Positions 19,713 to 29,290 of a stretch of 64,000 nucleotides of DNA are shown piece after piece. The stretch covers positions 30,394 through 94,393 of the forward strand of contig JAGVXT010000023.1 in assembly GCA_018303655.1 (NCBI GenBank), written 5' to 3'. Origin of the DNA: Candidatus Woesearchaeota archaeon (GTDB lineage: Archaea; Nanobdellota; Nanobdellia; Woesearchaeales; GW2011-AR4). The position numbers and the translations under genes are program-made. The notes beneath the pieces are model-generated. The model searched no databases. It saw only the letters and a program-made list of their open reading frames with translations, and was not told where the DNA came from. How positions within the stretch are numbered: position 1 is the stretch's first letter; the number at the start of each line of letters is the position of its first letter.

Positions 19713-20948
19713 TTAAAACTTTGCACTTGAGCTGGACCTTAAATCAGGCGTCTTAAGCAGATACACAAAGCACAATGCCAGGAAAATCAAGACCATTACT
19801 AATGATATGTCGTAGCTGTACTGCACAATAAGCCAGCCGCCCAATAGGGGACCAAACAATGCAGCCAGCCTGCCGACTATTTGCAAGTAGCCAAAATACT
19901 CCCCCATCTTATCATTTGGCGTCAAGAACACAAAGAAGCTCCTTGAGGCTGCAAGAGAGCCGCCAAATGCAATGCTTCCAAGCAGCCCGGCAATCCAAAA
20001 GGCTGTCAGGTTTTTTGAAATGATGAAAGTTGATATTACTGCCATCCACGTAATAATACAAATCTTCAGCATATTCCTTGAGCCATACCTGTCAGCGAGC
20101 TTGCCAAATATCAAGGCTCCGAAGCAAGCGCCAAACGACTGCCCCATAAACAAGAATATGAAGCTCGCCAGAGTCATTCCTATTTCTTTTTTAGCATACA
20201 GGAAGAAAAAGATGTCTATGGCTGCAAGCGCATTTGAGAAAAGTGCGTAGTATACTAGGAAAGGCAGCATTCCTTTAATATCCATTAATTTCCTTAAATT
20301 CATTATAATAGAAGCGAAAGTTCTTCTAATATCCTGAATGCTTATTTTAAAGTTTTGCTTCTTTACATTCTCATCTTTTACCACAAAAAATAAAGGAAGT
20401 GAAAAGGCAAAAAAGAAAATTGCAATCACGGGGAAAACTGCATTAATGCCAGCGGCTGTTTCCATTGTGTCATTGGCAAAGTACCAAAGGGTAATATAAG
20501 CAACAAAGAGGCTTAACAGGGTGCCTATGAAGCCAGTAGCCATGCCAAGACCAGAAATTTTTCCCATTTCTTTGTCTGAAGCTAGGGTTGGCAGGAGCGC
20601 ATTGTATATGGATAAACTCAAATTATAAAGTATTGTTGCAATTCCTGCAAGAATCAGGTTCCAGAACAAGTTTGTCAATGGCAAAATTGCAATTATGATT
20701 ATCATTAAAAATGTCGGAATCACGATGAATGGCTTTCTTACATTAGTTTTATCGGAAATCGCCCCTGCAATCGGAACAATGATGCTAAAAACAAAAATTG
20801 CGATTGCGACTGTCAGCCCGATGTGAAATTCATTTCCCCCTAAGATGGAGGTAACTAAAAGCGGCCAGAATATAGTTACAAATGGTGATGTGAATGCCGT
20901 GTTGGCTAAGTCGTACAGCGCCCATGCAACAATTTTTTTACTTAACAT
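19713..20948 (-). CDS. MFS transporter (UMF1/ATG22-like)
   Basis: 12 TM, WALYDLANTAF, GAISDKTNVRK, GKLADRYGSR. Confidence 0.88.
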   Translation of the reverse strand: MLSKKIVAWALYDLANTAFTSPFVTIFWPLLVTSILGGNEFHIGLTVAIAIFVFSIIVPIAGAISDKTNVRKPFIVIPTFLMIIIIAILPLTNLFWNLILAGIATILYNLSLSIYNALLPTLASDKEMGKISGLGMATGFIGTLLSLFVAYITLWYFANDTMETAAGINAVFPVIAIFFFAFSLPLFFVVKDENVKKQNFKISIQDIRRTFASIIMNLRKLMDIKGMLPFLVYYALFSNALAAIDIFFFLYAKKEIGMTLASFIFLFMGQSFGACFGALIFGKLADRYGSRNMLKICIITWMAVISTFIISKNLTAFWIAGLLGSIAFGGSLAASRSFFVFLTPNDKMGEYFGYLQIVGRLAALFGPLLGGWLIVQYSYDISLVMVLIFLALCFVYLLKTPDLRSSSSAKF

Positions 20949-20953
20949 TTTCC

Positions 20954-21346
20954 CTAGCTTTTTCCAGTTCTCTTGCCTTTATCGGCAATCAAAAACACTG
21001 CCGTCGCAATTGCATAACTGCGGTCGTGGCTTATGCTCAAATCACAGCTTAACATTTTTAAATTATTTTTTAAAAATGGCTTCTGAATCCGTAAAACTGG
21101 TTTTTCCCCGCTTAATTTTTGTATTAAAATATCATGCCATCTTAATTGGTTGAACACCTTCTTACAGCTTTCTTTTGCAGCAAACAATCCAGCCAAGGTT
21201 TCAGGTTTCGCGTTCCTAATCTCACTCTCATGGAATATCTTATGCAGAGGCTCTCTGCCCAAATTTTTGAATCTCTTGATTTCTACAATATCGCAGCCAA
21301 TCCTTATATTTAAGCCTCCGATCTTGGAATTATTATGGATTGCCAT
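20954..21346 (-). CDS. acpS: Holo-ACP synthase (4'-phosphopantetheinyl transferase)
   Basis: IGCDIVEIKRF, LAGLFAAKES, SISHD. Confidence 0.88.
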   Translation of the reverse strand: MAIHNNSKIGGLNIRIGCDIVEIKRFKNLGREPLHKIFHESEIRNAKPETLAGLFAAKESCKKVFNQLRWHDILIQKLSGEKPVLRIQKPFLKNNLKMLSCDLSISHDRSYAIATAVFLIADKGKRTGKS

Positions 21347-21350
21347 TGAA

Positions 21351-23720
21351 TCACAATTCCCCAACTTTTTGCTCAAGAATTCTTGCTATTTCCTTATATG
21401 GCTTGTTGGTTATTTCACTTGGGTCAATCAACTTCCCAAAAGTAACGCTTGTTTTTCCAAATTTAGGTATTGTTTTTCCTATTGGGAGGACTTCAAAGAG
21501 GCCTTTTAGCCTTACTGGCACTATGGGGATTTTCATGCTTGTTACTATAAGTCCCACTCCACTTTTAAATTCGTGTATTTTACCGTCCAATGTCCTCTTC
21601 CCTTCGGGGAAAAATATTACAGAAAATTTCCTGTCCATCATCTCACCCATAAAATCCATACTTTCATCTATTCCGATAGTGGCTCCAAATGGGAAGGCAT
21701 TATATGAAAAGATACTGTAGTAGCCCAGCATTTTTTTCAAATTCCTCTTAATAAATCCCTTGACTCCAATGCCAAATACAACCACGCCATCTGCTGCAAC
21801 TGCCAAAGGGATTTTAATGTGTTTAATCATTAAAGGCACATCGAATGCACTTTGGTGGTTGCTTACAAATATTACAGGATATTTTATGCCTTCGAGATTA
21901 TCAAGCCCAAAATATTGCGTTTTGGTAAAAAATCTGGCTATTGGAAAAACGAGCAACTTTTGGTAAACTTTCCTTAACACCTCAAACAATCTCGTAGTAG
22001 GCCAAGATCGGAACTTTATGCGATAAACAACTCTTTGGTTTGTGAGCTTTTCAAGATCAAAAACTGTTGTATTTTGGTCCAATTTCATTTCATCTATCTC
22101 GACATCAAAATGATTTTCCAGCTCTGTAATGAGTTCAATCCTCTTTAGAGAGTCCATGCCGATATCAACAAGATTGGAACTCTGGTTGATTTTTTTACCC
22201 GGCACGAGTATCTGATCTATGATTTTGAACAGTTTCTTTTCATACGAGAATTTTTCCAATGCTGCCCTATTGCTGCCTAGTTCCTTCATTAATATAAACT
22301 TTTTAACCTTGCCAGTTGGAGTTTTTGGAAATTCATTTTTCCAAACAGTATAACCTGCAATTTTCTGATGACTTAGCAATTTCTCATTCGCCTGCTTTAT
22401 TATTTCCTTAGGGTTTTTTCCCTCTTCAAGGATTAAGATTGCTTGCACTTTATTGTCTTTTTGGACAACACAGCTTTCCTTCACGCCATTTATTGAATTG
22501 AGTACAGGCTCTATGTCCGAGGGATATGCCTTCAAGCCGCTTGGGGTTATGATGATATCTTTCTTGCGCTCTTTAATGTAGAGGTAATCATCCTTTATCT
22601 CGCCGACGTCGCCTGTCTTAAACCACCCATTTTCAAAAGATGCCTTTGTTTTTTCTTTGTCGAGGTAGTAGCCTATTGAAATGTTGGCTCCCTTGACTAG
22701 AATCTCTTTGTCAGGACCAAGCTTGACGCTTATCCCATAGGCTATTTTGCCGGCACTTCCAGTTCTTGATGCGAAAGGCGCATTGATGCTGACAACAGCG
22801 GCTGTCTCTGTCAAACCATACCCTTGCAGCACAAAAATATATTTCCTCTTCCACCACTTTTCTACCTCGGGTTCCAGGGCAGCGCCTCCCACGCCTATAA
22901 TCCTAAATTGAATTCCAAGATTGCATGCAACACACTTGTCTTCCAAATGTTCTCTCAGATTTGCCAAAATTCCCGGCACAAAGATTGCTGCGTGGATTCT
23001 TTTGTTTCTTATAAGGGCAATCAATTTTCTAGGCTGTACCGTATCGGTAAAGAAAACGTTATAGCCAAAATGAAGAGGCAAAAACAAACCCATTATTTGT
23101 GCAAATATATGGCTTAGCGGCAGAACATTCAGAAATCTCAAGTGCAGCCTTATATTGATTGTTTTTACAGCAACCTGCACAGCCGTATAAATGTTGTCAT
23201 GGGTTAATATAACACCTTTTGGGTCTCCTGTTGTGCCAGAGGTGTATTGTATTTCAATGATATCATTTGGCTTAATTTCAGGATATGGGATTTCTTTAAA
23301 TACTCCATCGTCTAAGTGGTTTTCAAGCTCTTCCAAAAGATAGCTCTTTACATTTCTGATTGAATGATTGATGAATTCTCTTTGAAAAATTGCCTTTGCG
23401 TTAACCTGATTGTTTATTTTTTTAACGAGCTTTTTATCTGACATAACATCAAGCGGCACCACAATAATTCCAGACAGGATGCATGCCAAATATACTACAA
23501 CCCACTCTATTGAGCTGTATCCCAGAATTATTATTTTATCTCCTTTTTTTATTTTGTTATTGTCAAGAAAAATCCTTAGTTTTTGGATTTTTCCATGTAA
23601 CTCATTGCCGCTGACATGCCTTGTCCTATATCCTATTTTTTGGCTGTACAGCGTCCTTTGGGTGTTTGATGATATGGCTTTCAGAATAAGCTCTTGCAGA
23701 GGGGAAAGCTTTTGACTCAT
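21351..23720 (-). CDS. Long-chain acyl-AMP/ACP ligase + ACP + PlsC-type acyltransferase fusion (Aas-like)
   Basis: YTSGTTGDPKG, GYGLTE, FKTGD; GMDSL carrier Ser; NHQSAFD and FPEGKR. Confidence 0.88.
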   Translation of the reverse strand: MSQKLSPLQELILKAISSNTQRTLYSQKIGYRTRHVSGNELHGKIQKLRIFLDNNKIKKGDKIIILGYSSIEWVVVYLACILSGIIVVPLDVMSDKKLVKKINNQVNAKAIFQREFINHSIRNVKSYLLEELENHLDDGVFKEIPYPEIKPNDIIEIQYTSGTTGDPKGVILTHDNIYTAVQVAVKTINIRLHLRFLNVLPLSHIFAQIMGLFLPLHFGYNVFFTDTVQPRKLIALIRNKRIHAAIFVPGILANLREHLEDKCVACNLGIQFRIIGVGGAALEPEVEKWWKRKYIFVLQGYGLTETAAVVSINAPFASRTGSAGKIAYGISVKLGPDKEILVKGANISIGYYLDKEKTKASFENGWFKTGDVGEIKDDYLYIKERKKDIIITPSGLKAYPSDIEPVLNSINGVKESCVVQKDNKVQAILILEEGKNPKEIIKQANEKLLSHQKIAGYTVWKNEFPKTPTGKVKKFILMKELGSNRAALEKFSYEKKLFKIIDQILVPGKKINQSSNLVDIGMDSLKRIELITELENHFDVEIDEMKLDQNTTVFDLEKLTNQRVVYRIKFRSWPTTRLFEVLRKVYQKLLVFPIARFFTKTQYFGLDNLEGIKYPVIFVSNHQSAFDVPLMIKHIKIPLAVAADGVVVFGIGVKGFIKRNLKKMLGYYSIFSYNAFPFGATIGIDESMDFMGEMMDRKFSVIFFPEGKRTLDGKIHEFKSGVGLIVTSMKIPIVPVRLKGLFEVLPIGKTIPKFGKTSVTFGKLIDPSEITNKPYKEIARILEQKVGEL

Positions 23721-23732
23721 GTTACTTTGACC

Positions 23733-24806
23733 TTATCCAATCGTTAATAAATCTTTTGATGTTTTTGTAAGAGTTGTAATCCTATTTTTGAACAATAGAG
23801 TATCTTCTATCCGAATGCCGAATTTTCCTGGGAAATAAATTCCCGGCTCGATTGTAAAAACCATATTATTCCTTATTTTGTCTTTTGAATTTAGCGTAAG
23901 ATTCGGCAGTTCATGAATTTCAACTCCAACCCCATGCCCGAGCCCGTGAGTAAAATTTTTTTTGTATTTTCCAAGGCTTTTGTTTGTGTAATTATAAAGT
24001 TCAGAGCATTTTTTATCGTTCTTTATCTGGTTAATTGTGTTTTGTTGTATTGACAGAAGCATATTGTATATCTCTTTTTCCTTTTTTGATATTTTCCCAA
24101 TGAAAATTGTTCTTGTGATGTCAGAGCAATAACCCATATATTCCACTCCAAAATCTATGACACAGAATCCTCTTTTGATTTTTGTATTTGACGGCTCGTG
24201 ATGGGGCATGCTTCCGTTGCTTCCGGAAGCCACGATTGGATTAAAGGAAATCTCCAGCCCATTTTTCTTTGCTTCGTATTCAAGAAAAGCTGCCGCTTCG
24301 CTTTCTGTTTTGAAGCTTTTGAAATTTTTTATTGCCTTTTGGAGTATTTTGTCAGCATAAGCGCATGATTTTTTAAGAAAGTGCGTCTCTTTTTCTGTTT
24401 TTATTTCTCTTAGCCTCATGCAATCCAATGAGATGTCCTTTGTTTTTGCTCTTTTGAATTGTTTTTTAAAATGCTCATAGGAATTCAATGTAAAGTTATT
24501 CTTGTCTATTGCAATGTCTCTTGTTTTTAGTTTATTCTTTTTTACGATTTTGTCGATTGACTCAAAGAACTTCTTTTTTTCCATTGAATAGGCTTTTTTA
24601 ACCATTGATTTTCTTGCCCTTTCAATCTCCATGTCGGGCGCTATAAGAAAAGCCGGCTTGCTTTCAGGCACAACCAAGGCTCCAACTCCTTTGTAGCCTG
24701 AGAAATAAAGCATATTGGCATTGTATCTTGATGAGTCTAAATTGTAGAAGATTGCGAAATCAACTCTTTTTTTCCCAAGAATTGACTTAAATTCATTAAT
24801 TCTCAT
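23733..24806 (-). CDS. Xaa-Pro peptidase (M24)
   Basis: DFG...SDITRT, HGLGHGVGVEIHE, EPGIY, RIED. Confidence 0.9.
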   Translation of the reverse strand: MRINEFKSILGKKRVDFAIFYNLDSSRYNANMLYFSGYKGVGALVVPESKPAFLIAPDMEIERARKSMVKKAYSMEKKKFFESIDKIVKKNKLKTRDIAIDKNNFTLNSYEHFKKQFKRAKTKDISLDCMRLREIKTEKETHFLKKSCAYADKILQKAIKNFKSFKTESEAAAFLEYEAKKNGLEISFNPIVASGSNGSMPHHEPSNTKIKRGFCVIDFGVEYMGYCSDITRTIFIGKISKKEKEIYNMLLSIQQNTINQIKNDKKCSELYNYTNKSLGKYKKNFTHGLGHGVGVEIHELPNLTLNSKDKIRNNMVFTIEPGIYFPGKFGIRIEDTLLFKNRITTLTKTSKDLLTIG

Positions 24807-24851
24807 TATAATTCAAAAATCTTATATACCATTTAAAGTTTTTCCTTTGGC

Positions 24852-26060
24852 ATGGAGAAATGCAGGCTGAAGAACGGTATCACCCTTATCTTTGAGAAGA
24901 ACTCTTCCAAGTCAGTTGCTGTTGAGGTCATGTTCAAGTTCGGCTCTAATTTTGAAAGCAAAAAGACAGCCGGAATCGCTCATTTTCTTGAGCACATGCT
25001 GTTTGAAGGCACAAAAAACAGGAAAGACTCAAGGGAGATTGCCAATGAGATTGAAAAATATGGAGGGGAATTCAATGCCTATACAACAGGCGACAGGACA
25101 GCTTTCTTTATCAAGATAATAAACAAAAGGCTTGACACAGCCTTGGATATTTTGAGCGACATGGTTGCCAATCCGATTTTTGACGAGAAGATCATTGAGA
25201 AGGAAAAGCAGGTCATTCTGAAAGAGATAAACATGGTTACTGACGACTCAAGGCTGCACCAATGGATTTTATTCCAGAAGACATTATTTGACAGGCATCC
25301 TGCAAGAAACCCCACTTATGGGACTGTTGAGGCTGTCAAAAGCTTTGACAGAAAAAATGTAGCATGTTATTACTACAGCCATTACATTCCGAACAATATG
25401 GTTATTTCTGTTATAGGCAATGTCAAAAATGTTAAAGCCAATATACAAAAATATTTTGGCAATTTAAAGCCGAGAAACCGGATTAAAAGGGCCATGGTAA
25501 AAGAGCCTTTGCAGAAAAAAATCAAAAAGTTTGTTGAGAAAAAGAAGACGCTTAATTCCTATATGATTTTAGGCTACAAAACCGTGCACAGGCTGCACAA
25601 CGATAGTTATGTTCTTGATGTGATAGCGGCAATACTTGGAAGAGGACAATCTGGATGGATTTTTGACGAGATAAGAAACAAGCGCGGATTAGCGTATCAA
25701 GTTGGGGTAAACGATGAAAATGAGATGGATTACGGAACGTTTGCTGTCTACACGGGCATGGACAAGAAAAACATAGAAAAGGCAAAAGAAATTATTTTGC
25801 AGCAGTTCAGAAGACTTGAAAAAACAAGCAAAAAGGACTTGGAAGAGGCAAAAACATTCATTGAAGGAAATCATGCACTTGAAACAGAGGACAATTTTAC
25901 AAGAGCCGACAACCTTGCTGTCTGGGAAACAATAAAGGATGCTAAGCTTGCAGACTCTTATTTGAAAAACATAAGAAGAGTCACAATTAATGATGTAAAA
26001 AGAGCTGCAAAAAAATATCTTAATAACAAGTATACTTTGGTTGTGATAGAGCAGGAATGA
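24852..26060 (+). CDS. M16 (pitrilysin-family) zinc peptidase
   Basis: HFLEH inverted zinc motif, NAYT, IRNKRGLAY. Confidence 0.92.
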   Translation: MEKCRLKNGITLIFEKNSSKSVAVEVMFKFGSNFESKKTAGIAHFLEHMLFEGTKNRKDSREIANEIEKYGGEFNAYTTGDRTAFFIKIINKRLDTALDILSDMVANPIFDEKIIEKEKQVILKEINMVTDDSRLHQWILFQKTLFDRHPARNPTYGTVEAVKSFDRKNVACYYYSHYIPNNMVISVIGNVKNVKANIQKYFGNLKPRNRIKRAMVKEPLQKKIKKFVEKKKTLNSYMILGYKTVHRLHNDSYVLDVIAAILGRGQSGWIFDEIRNKRGLAYQVGVNDENEMDYGTFAVYTGMDKKNIEKAKEIILQQFRRLEKTSKKDLEEAKTFIEGNHALETEDNFTRADNLAVWETIKDAKLADSYLKNIRRVTINDVKRAAKKYLNNKYTLVVIEQE

Positions 26061-26061
26061 T

Positions 26062-27135
26062 CTATCTCGTCACTTCAAACTTTTTTATTGTTTCCAAGAG
26101 CTTTTTTAATTTAGCATCTTTCCCAAACCTTTCCCTGACTGGCTTTATCATCTCATTTATGTGGTATGAAACAGCAGCCTTCAAATCTGCGGGGTGTATT
26201 GTTCCTTCCCTGTATAATTTTTCCAGCTCATTGTAATTCTCAATTACAACATCGCCTCCAAATTTCTCCTGCCTTTTGATTTCCATTGTGTTAAATTTCT
26301 CAAATACGAGGTATTTTGAATACTCAAGAACAGGGTTTTCATGAATAATTTTTGCCGGGCAATACGCCTTGCTGATTTTTCTTTTGATTTCTTCTTCGCT
26401 GTCATTCATGAAGATTGCAGTATCAGGCCTTGATTTTGACATTTTCAAGTCAATAATCCTGTCCTCTCCCTGCGTTTTTGGAGGCTCTCCCAATCCCATA
26501 AGCATGTGGTGGCTTACAACAACCGGCTTCCAAAAGCCCAAGCTTTGTCCGATTTCCCTTGCAAGCACATTCACTTTTCTCTGGTCCATTCCAAGCTGTG
26601 TGATGTCTGCCTTCAATTGGAAGATATCGGCGCATTGCATGCAGGGGTACAAAATTTGAGAGGCTTGCTGCACCTCATTTTCTTTTCTTCCCATTATCTG
26701 GCCTGTGCGTATTATCCTGTTTACAGTTGAGTTTCTTGCAACATTCATTACCTTTTTCCAGTATTCAGGATCTTTTACATAATCGCTTACCCATACAAAT
26801 TCCACATTTTTCAGGTCCATTCCGCAATGGCGCCAGACTTCAATAAGGTAATGGCCTACTGTCTGTATCTTGTCTAAATCCCCTCCCATCTTGTTGTTTG
26901 CCCATGCATGCCAGTCGGCAACAAGCATCTTGAACTTGATGCCTGCCTTGGTCATCTTGTTGACATTAATAGCCCTTAGAATTCCCTGCGCAATGTGTAT
27001 GTCCGTGCCAGAAGGCTCAAAGCCGTCATAGGCAACAGGATGCTCTTTTGTTTTTAACAGGTGCCTTAGCTCTTCTTCTGTTAGTATCTCTTCCCCAACC
27101 TGCTTTATCAATTCTATTTTGCCTTCTGCATCCAT
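26062..27135 (-). CDS. tyrS: Tyrosyl-tRNA synthetase (archaeal type)
   Basis: YDGFEPSG, HIAQG, YPCMQCAD, KMSKS. Confidence 0.95.
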   Translation of the reverse strand: MDAEGKIELIKQVGEEILTEEELRHLLKTKEHPVAYDGFEPSGTDIHIAQGILRAINVNKMTKAGIKFKMLVADWHAWANNKMGGDLDKIQTVGHYLIEVWRHCGMDLKNVEFVWVSDYVKDPEYWKKVMNVARNSTVNRIIRTGQIMGRKENEVQQASQILYPCMQCADIFQLKADITQLGMDQRKVNVLAREIGQSLGFWKPVVVSHHMLMGLGEPPKTQGEDRIIDLKMSKSRPDTAIFMNDSEEEIKRKISKAYCPAKIIHENPVLEYSKYLVFEKFNTMEIKRQEKFGGDVVIENYNELEKLYREGTIHPADLKAAVSYHINEMIKPVRERFGKDAKLKKLLETIKKFEVTR

Positions 27136-27170
27136 AAAGAACCAGTTTTACTGTTGATATTTAAAGTTTT

Positions 27171-27425
27171 TCAGTGGTTTTGCTTGAAAATCATCTGTGA
27201 AGCTATGCCGACAGAAATCCCAATTATCTCCAATGCAAAGAATATAATCATGCTGAATGGCAGATTGCTCATATAAGTGCTGAAGCCTGTGGTGCTTAAA
27301 ACTGCGTCGCCTGTTGGTATTATAGTTGCTGGTGTGCCTCCCTCTCCATATATCGGAAGCATAAAGTAAACAAGCAAAGCAACAAATGCCCCAATATATG
27401 CTCCTTCTTTCATAAAGCGCTTCAT
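27171..27425 (-). CDS. Small 2-TM membrane protein
   Basis: Two hydrophobic helices; start uncertain. Confidence 0.6.
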   Translation of the reverse strand: MKRFMKEGAYIGAFVALLVYFMLPIYGEGGTPATIIPTGDAVLSTTGFSTYMSNLPFSMIIFFALEIIGISVGIASQMIFKQNH

Positions 27426-27457
27426 GGAAGTTTTAGAATAAAAAGGTTGTGGTTTAT

Positions 27458-27489
27458 ACCACTGGACATCTTCGCACAAACTTTATAAA
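27458..27489 (+). promoter_or_regulatory. ACCACTGGACATCT motif plus TTTATAAA box
   Basis: Second copy of the motif at 9795-9808. Confidence 0.6.
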
Positions 27490-27511
27490 CCCATTTCTTA
27501 GCTTGTTGTGT

Positions 27512-28363
27512 ATGAAAATCTCAGTTTCTTTATTATCATCTTATCTGTACTGCTCGAGAAAGCTGTTTCTTGAAAAGGTTTTGCTGCTGGAAGAGCCTCC
27601 TAAGGAGAGCATTGTAATGGGCTCAATTAGGCATGAAACCTATGACAATATAAACAAAAAGGAAGGGGAAATTGTGACTTCTATAACAGAAAAACATGAT
27701 TCAGAGCATATACAGGCTCTTTACAAGCAGAGATATCTTCAGATTTTAAGGAAAGCAATAGCCAGCAATAAAAAAAGGCTGGAAGAGGTCAATATCAACA
27801 TGCTTGAAGCCTACAGAAAGAGCTTTCCGTTCATCATGGAAGAGTCTTCGGTAAGGTCAGACAACATTGTTAATTTTATAAAATCAAACAACGTCTTTGG
27901 AGAGGAATTATGGCAGAAACTTACTCCAAAGATAATATCGGAATTAAGGGTTGAATCTGACGAATTAAAATTAAAAGGAATTATAGACAAGGTTCATGTT
28001 TATGATAATGAGTATGTGCCTTTTGAGCTCAAAACAGGCAGAACTCCAAGTGATGGAATTTGGCCATCTCACAGAATCCAGATAGCAGCTTACTCATTGC
28101 TTTTGCAGGAGAAATTCAACAAACAGGTAAAAGGGGGATTTGTTGTTTACCTTGACACAAAGGAAAAAAGGCACATTGCTATAAATCCTTTCATGAAGCA
28201 GGAGATAAGGCAGTTAGTTGATGAAGTTATAGCGTTGCTTGAAAGCAAAGAACTGCCAGATTTCTGCAATAATGAAAACAAATGCAAAAAATGCGGCTTA
28301 AAGCAAACCTGCTATAATGAGGAAGAAGTGAATAATTTACTAAAAATCAAGGTTAGTGGTTAA
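27512..28363 (+). CDS. Solo Cas4-like PD-(D/E)XK nuclease with Fe-S cysteines
   Basis: YLYC, GIIDKV, ELKTG, QIAAY, CKKCGLKQTC; no cas1/cas2 or array nearby. Confidence 0.85.
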   Translation: MKISVSLLSSYLYCSRKLFLEKVLLLEEPPKESIVMGSIRHETYDNINKKEGEIVTSITEKHDSEHIQALYKQRYLQILRKAIASNKKRLEEVNINMLEAYRKSFPFIMEESSVRSDNIVNFIKSNNVFGEELWQKLTPKIISELRVESDELKLKGIIDKVHVYDNEYVPFELKTGRTPSDGIWPSHRIQIAAYSLLLQEKFNKQVKGGFVVYLDTKEKRHIAINPFMKQEIRQLVDEVIALLESKELPDFCNNENKCKKCGLKQTCYNEEEVNNLLKIKVSG

Positions 28364-28449
28364 ATTGTGTATGTTTAATTCTATGTGGCGAAACATTTAA
28401 ATATAACTTGCCCTACAATCTCTGAGTATTAACTGTAGAGGGATAAACA

Positions 28450-28713
28450 ATGCCTGAAGATGATAAAAAGTTCTCAAAGCAACTGATTGGAAAGACAGTT
28501 GTAAGCAAGACCGGAAAGAGGTTTGGAGAAGTTGGCGACATTATTTTTGAGACAAGAAGCGGAGAGCTGATTCACATGGTGCTTCACAACCCGACTTCCT
28601 ACACTGAAAAGCTTGAACTTGAAAAAGACAAGGAAGGCCACATACTGATTCCTTTCAGCGCAGTCATTGCAATAGGTGACTTTATGGTTGTTGCCGAAGA
28701 GGATATTATTTAG
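28450..28713 (+). CDS. PRC-barrel protein (CdpB-like)
   Basis: LIGKTVVSKTGKRFGEVGDI, IPFSAVIAIGDFMVV. Confidence 0.88.
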   Translation: MPEDDKKFSKQLIGKTVVSKTGKRFGEVGDIIFETRSGELIHMVLHNPTSYTEKLELEKDKEGHILIPFSAVIAIGDFMVVAEEDII

Positions 28714-28741
28714 ATTACTTCCCATAACTTATTTCTTATAA

Positions 28742-29224
28742 CTAATATCTACTCAATACAAGAGTATTTAAGAGACCGAAGATGACTAGGGATATTGAAA
28801 GTGCAGCGTATTGTATTTTTTCACTCGCCCTTAATAAGAAAGACAATATAGTACTCCCTATGATAAGACCCAAAACTTCTGGAACAAATATTGGAGCTTT
28901 TATATACAAACTAAGGTTCTTAAAAACAAAAATAAGAAGAGTAATCTTTAAAAAAATATTTATACCAACTGTAATCCATATATAACTTAGAATTTTTTTA
29001 TATTCTATATCGGAAGCAAATATGAGCCCTAATACCAGTGGAAAAATGTATAGGCTTAAATACAGTGCAACAAATTTAATGTAACCTATGTTATAAAAAG
29101 TTTTTTCAATTAGAGTAAAAATGTGAAAAGGAGAAAGAATAGGATTCCTAAAAACAACATTTATAATAAAAAATATCAAAGTAAAAATACTCAAGAAAGC
29201 GACAAGTGCTTTTGTGACCTTCAT
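28742..29224 (-). CDS. Hypothetical membrane protein, AT-rich
   Basis: About 5 hydrophobic segments. Confidence 0.6.
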   Translation of the reverse strand: MKVTKALVAFLSIFTLIFFIINVVFRNPILSPFHIFTLIEKTFYNIGYIKFVALYLSLYIFPLVLGLIFASDIEYKKILSYIWITVGINIFLKITLLIFVFKNLSLYIKAPIFVPEVLGLIIGSTILSFLLRASEKIQYAALSISLVIFGLLNTLVLSRY

Positions 29225-29290
29225 ATACTATTGGTAAAATGATTTATTTAAATACCTTTTTAAACAATATTTGGTTTCTCAGGGTATTAA

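Noticed and set aside
27512..28363. CRISPR-Cas locus
   Set aside because: No cas1, cas2, effector or array in the window
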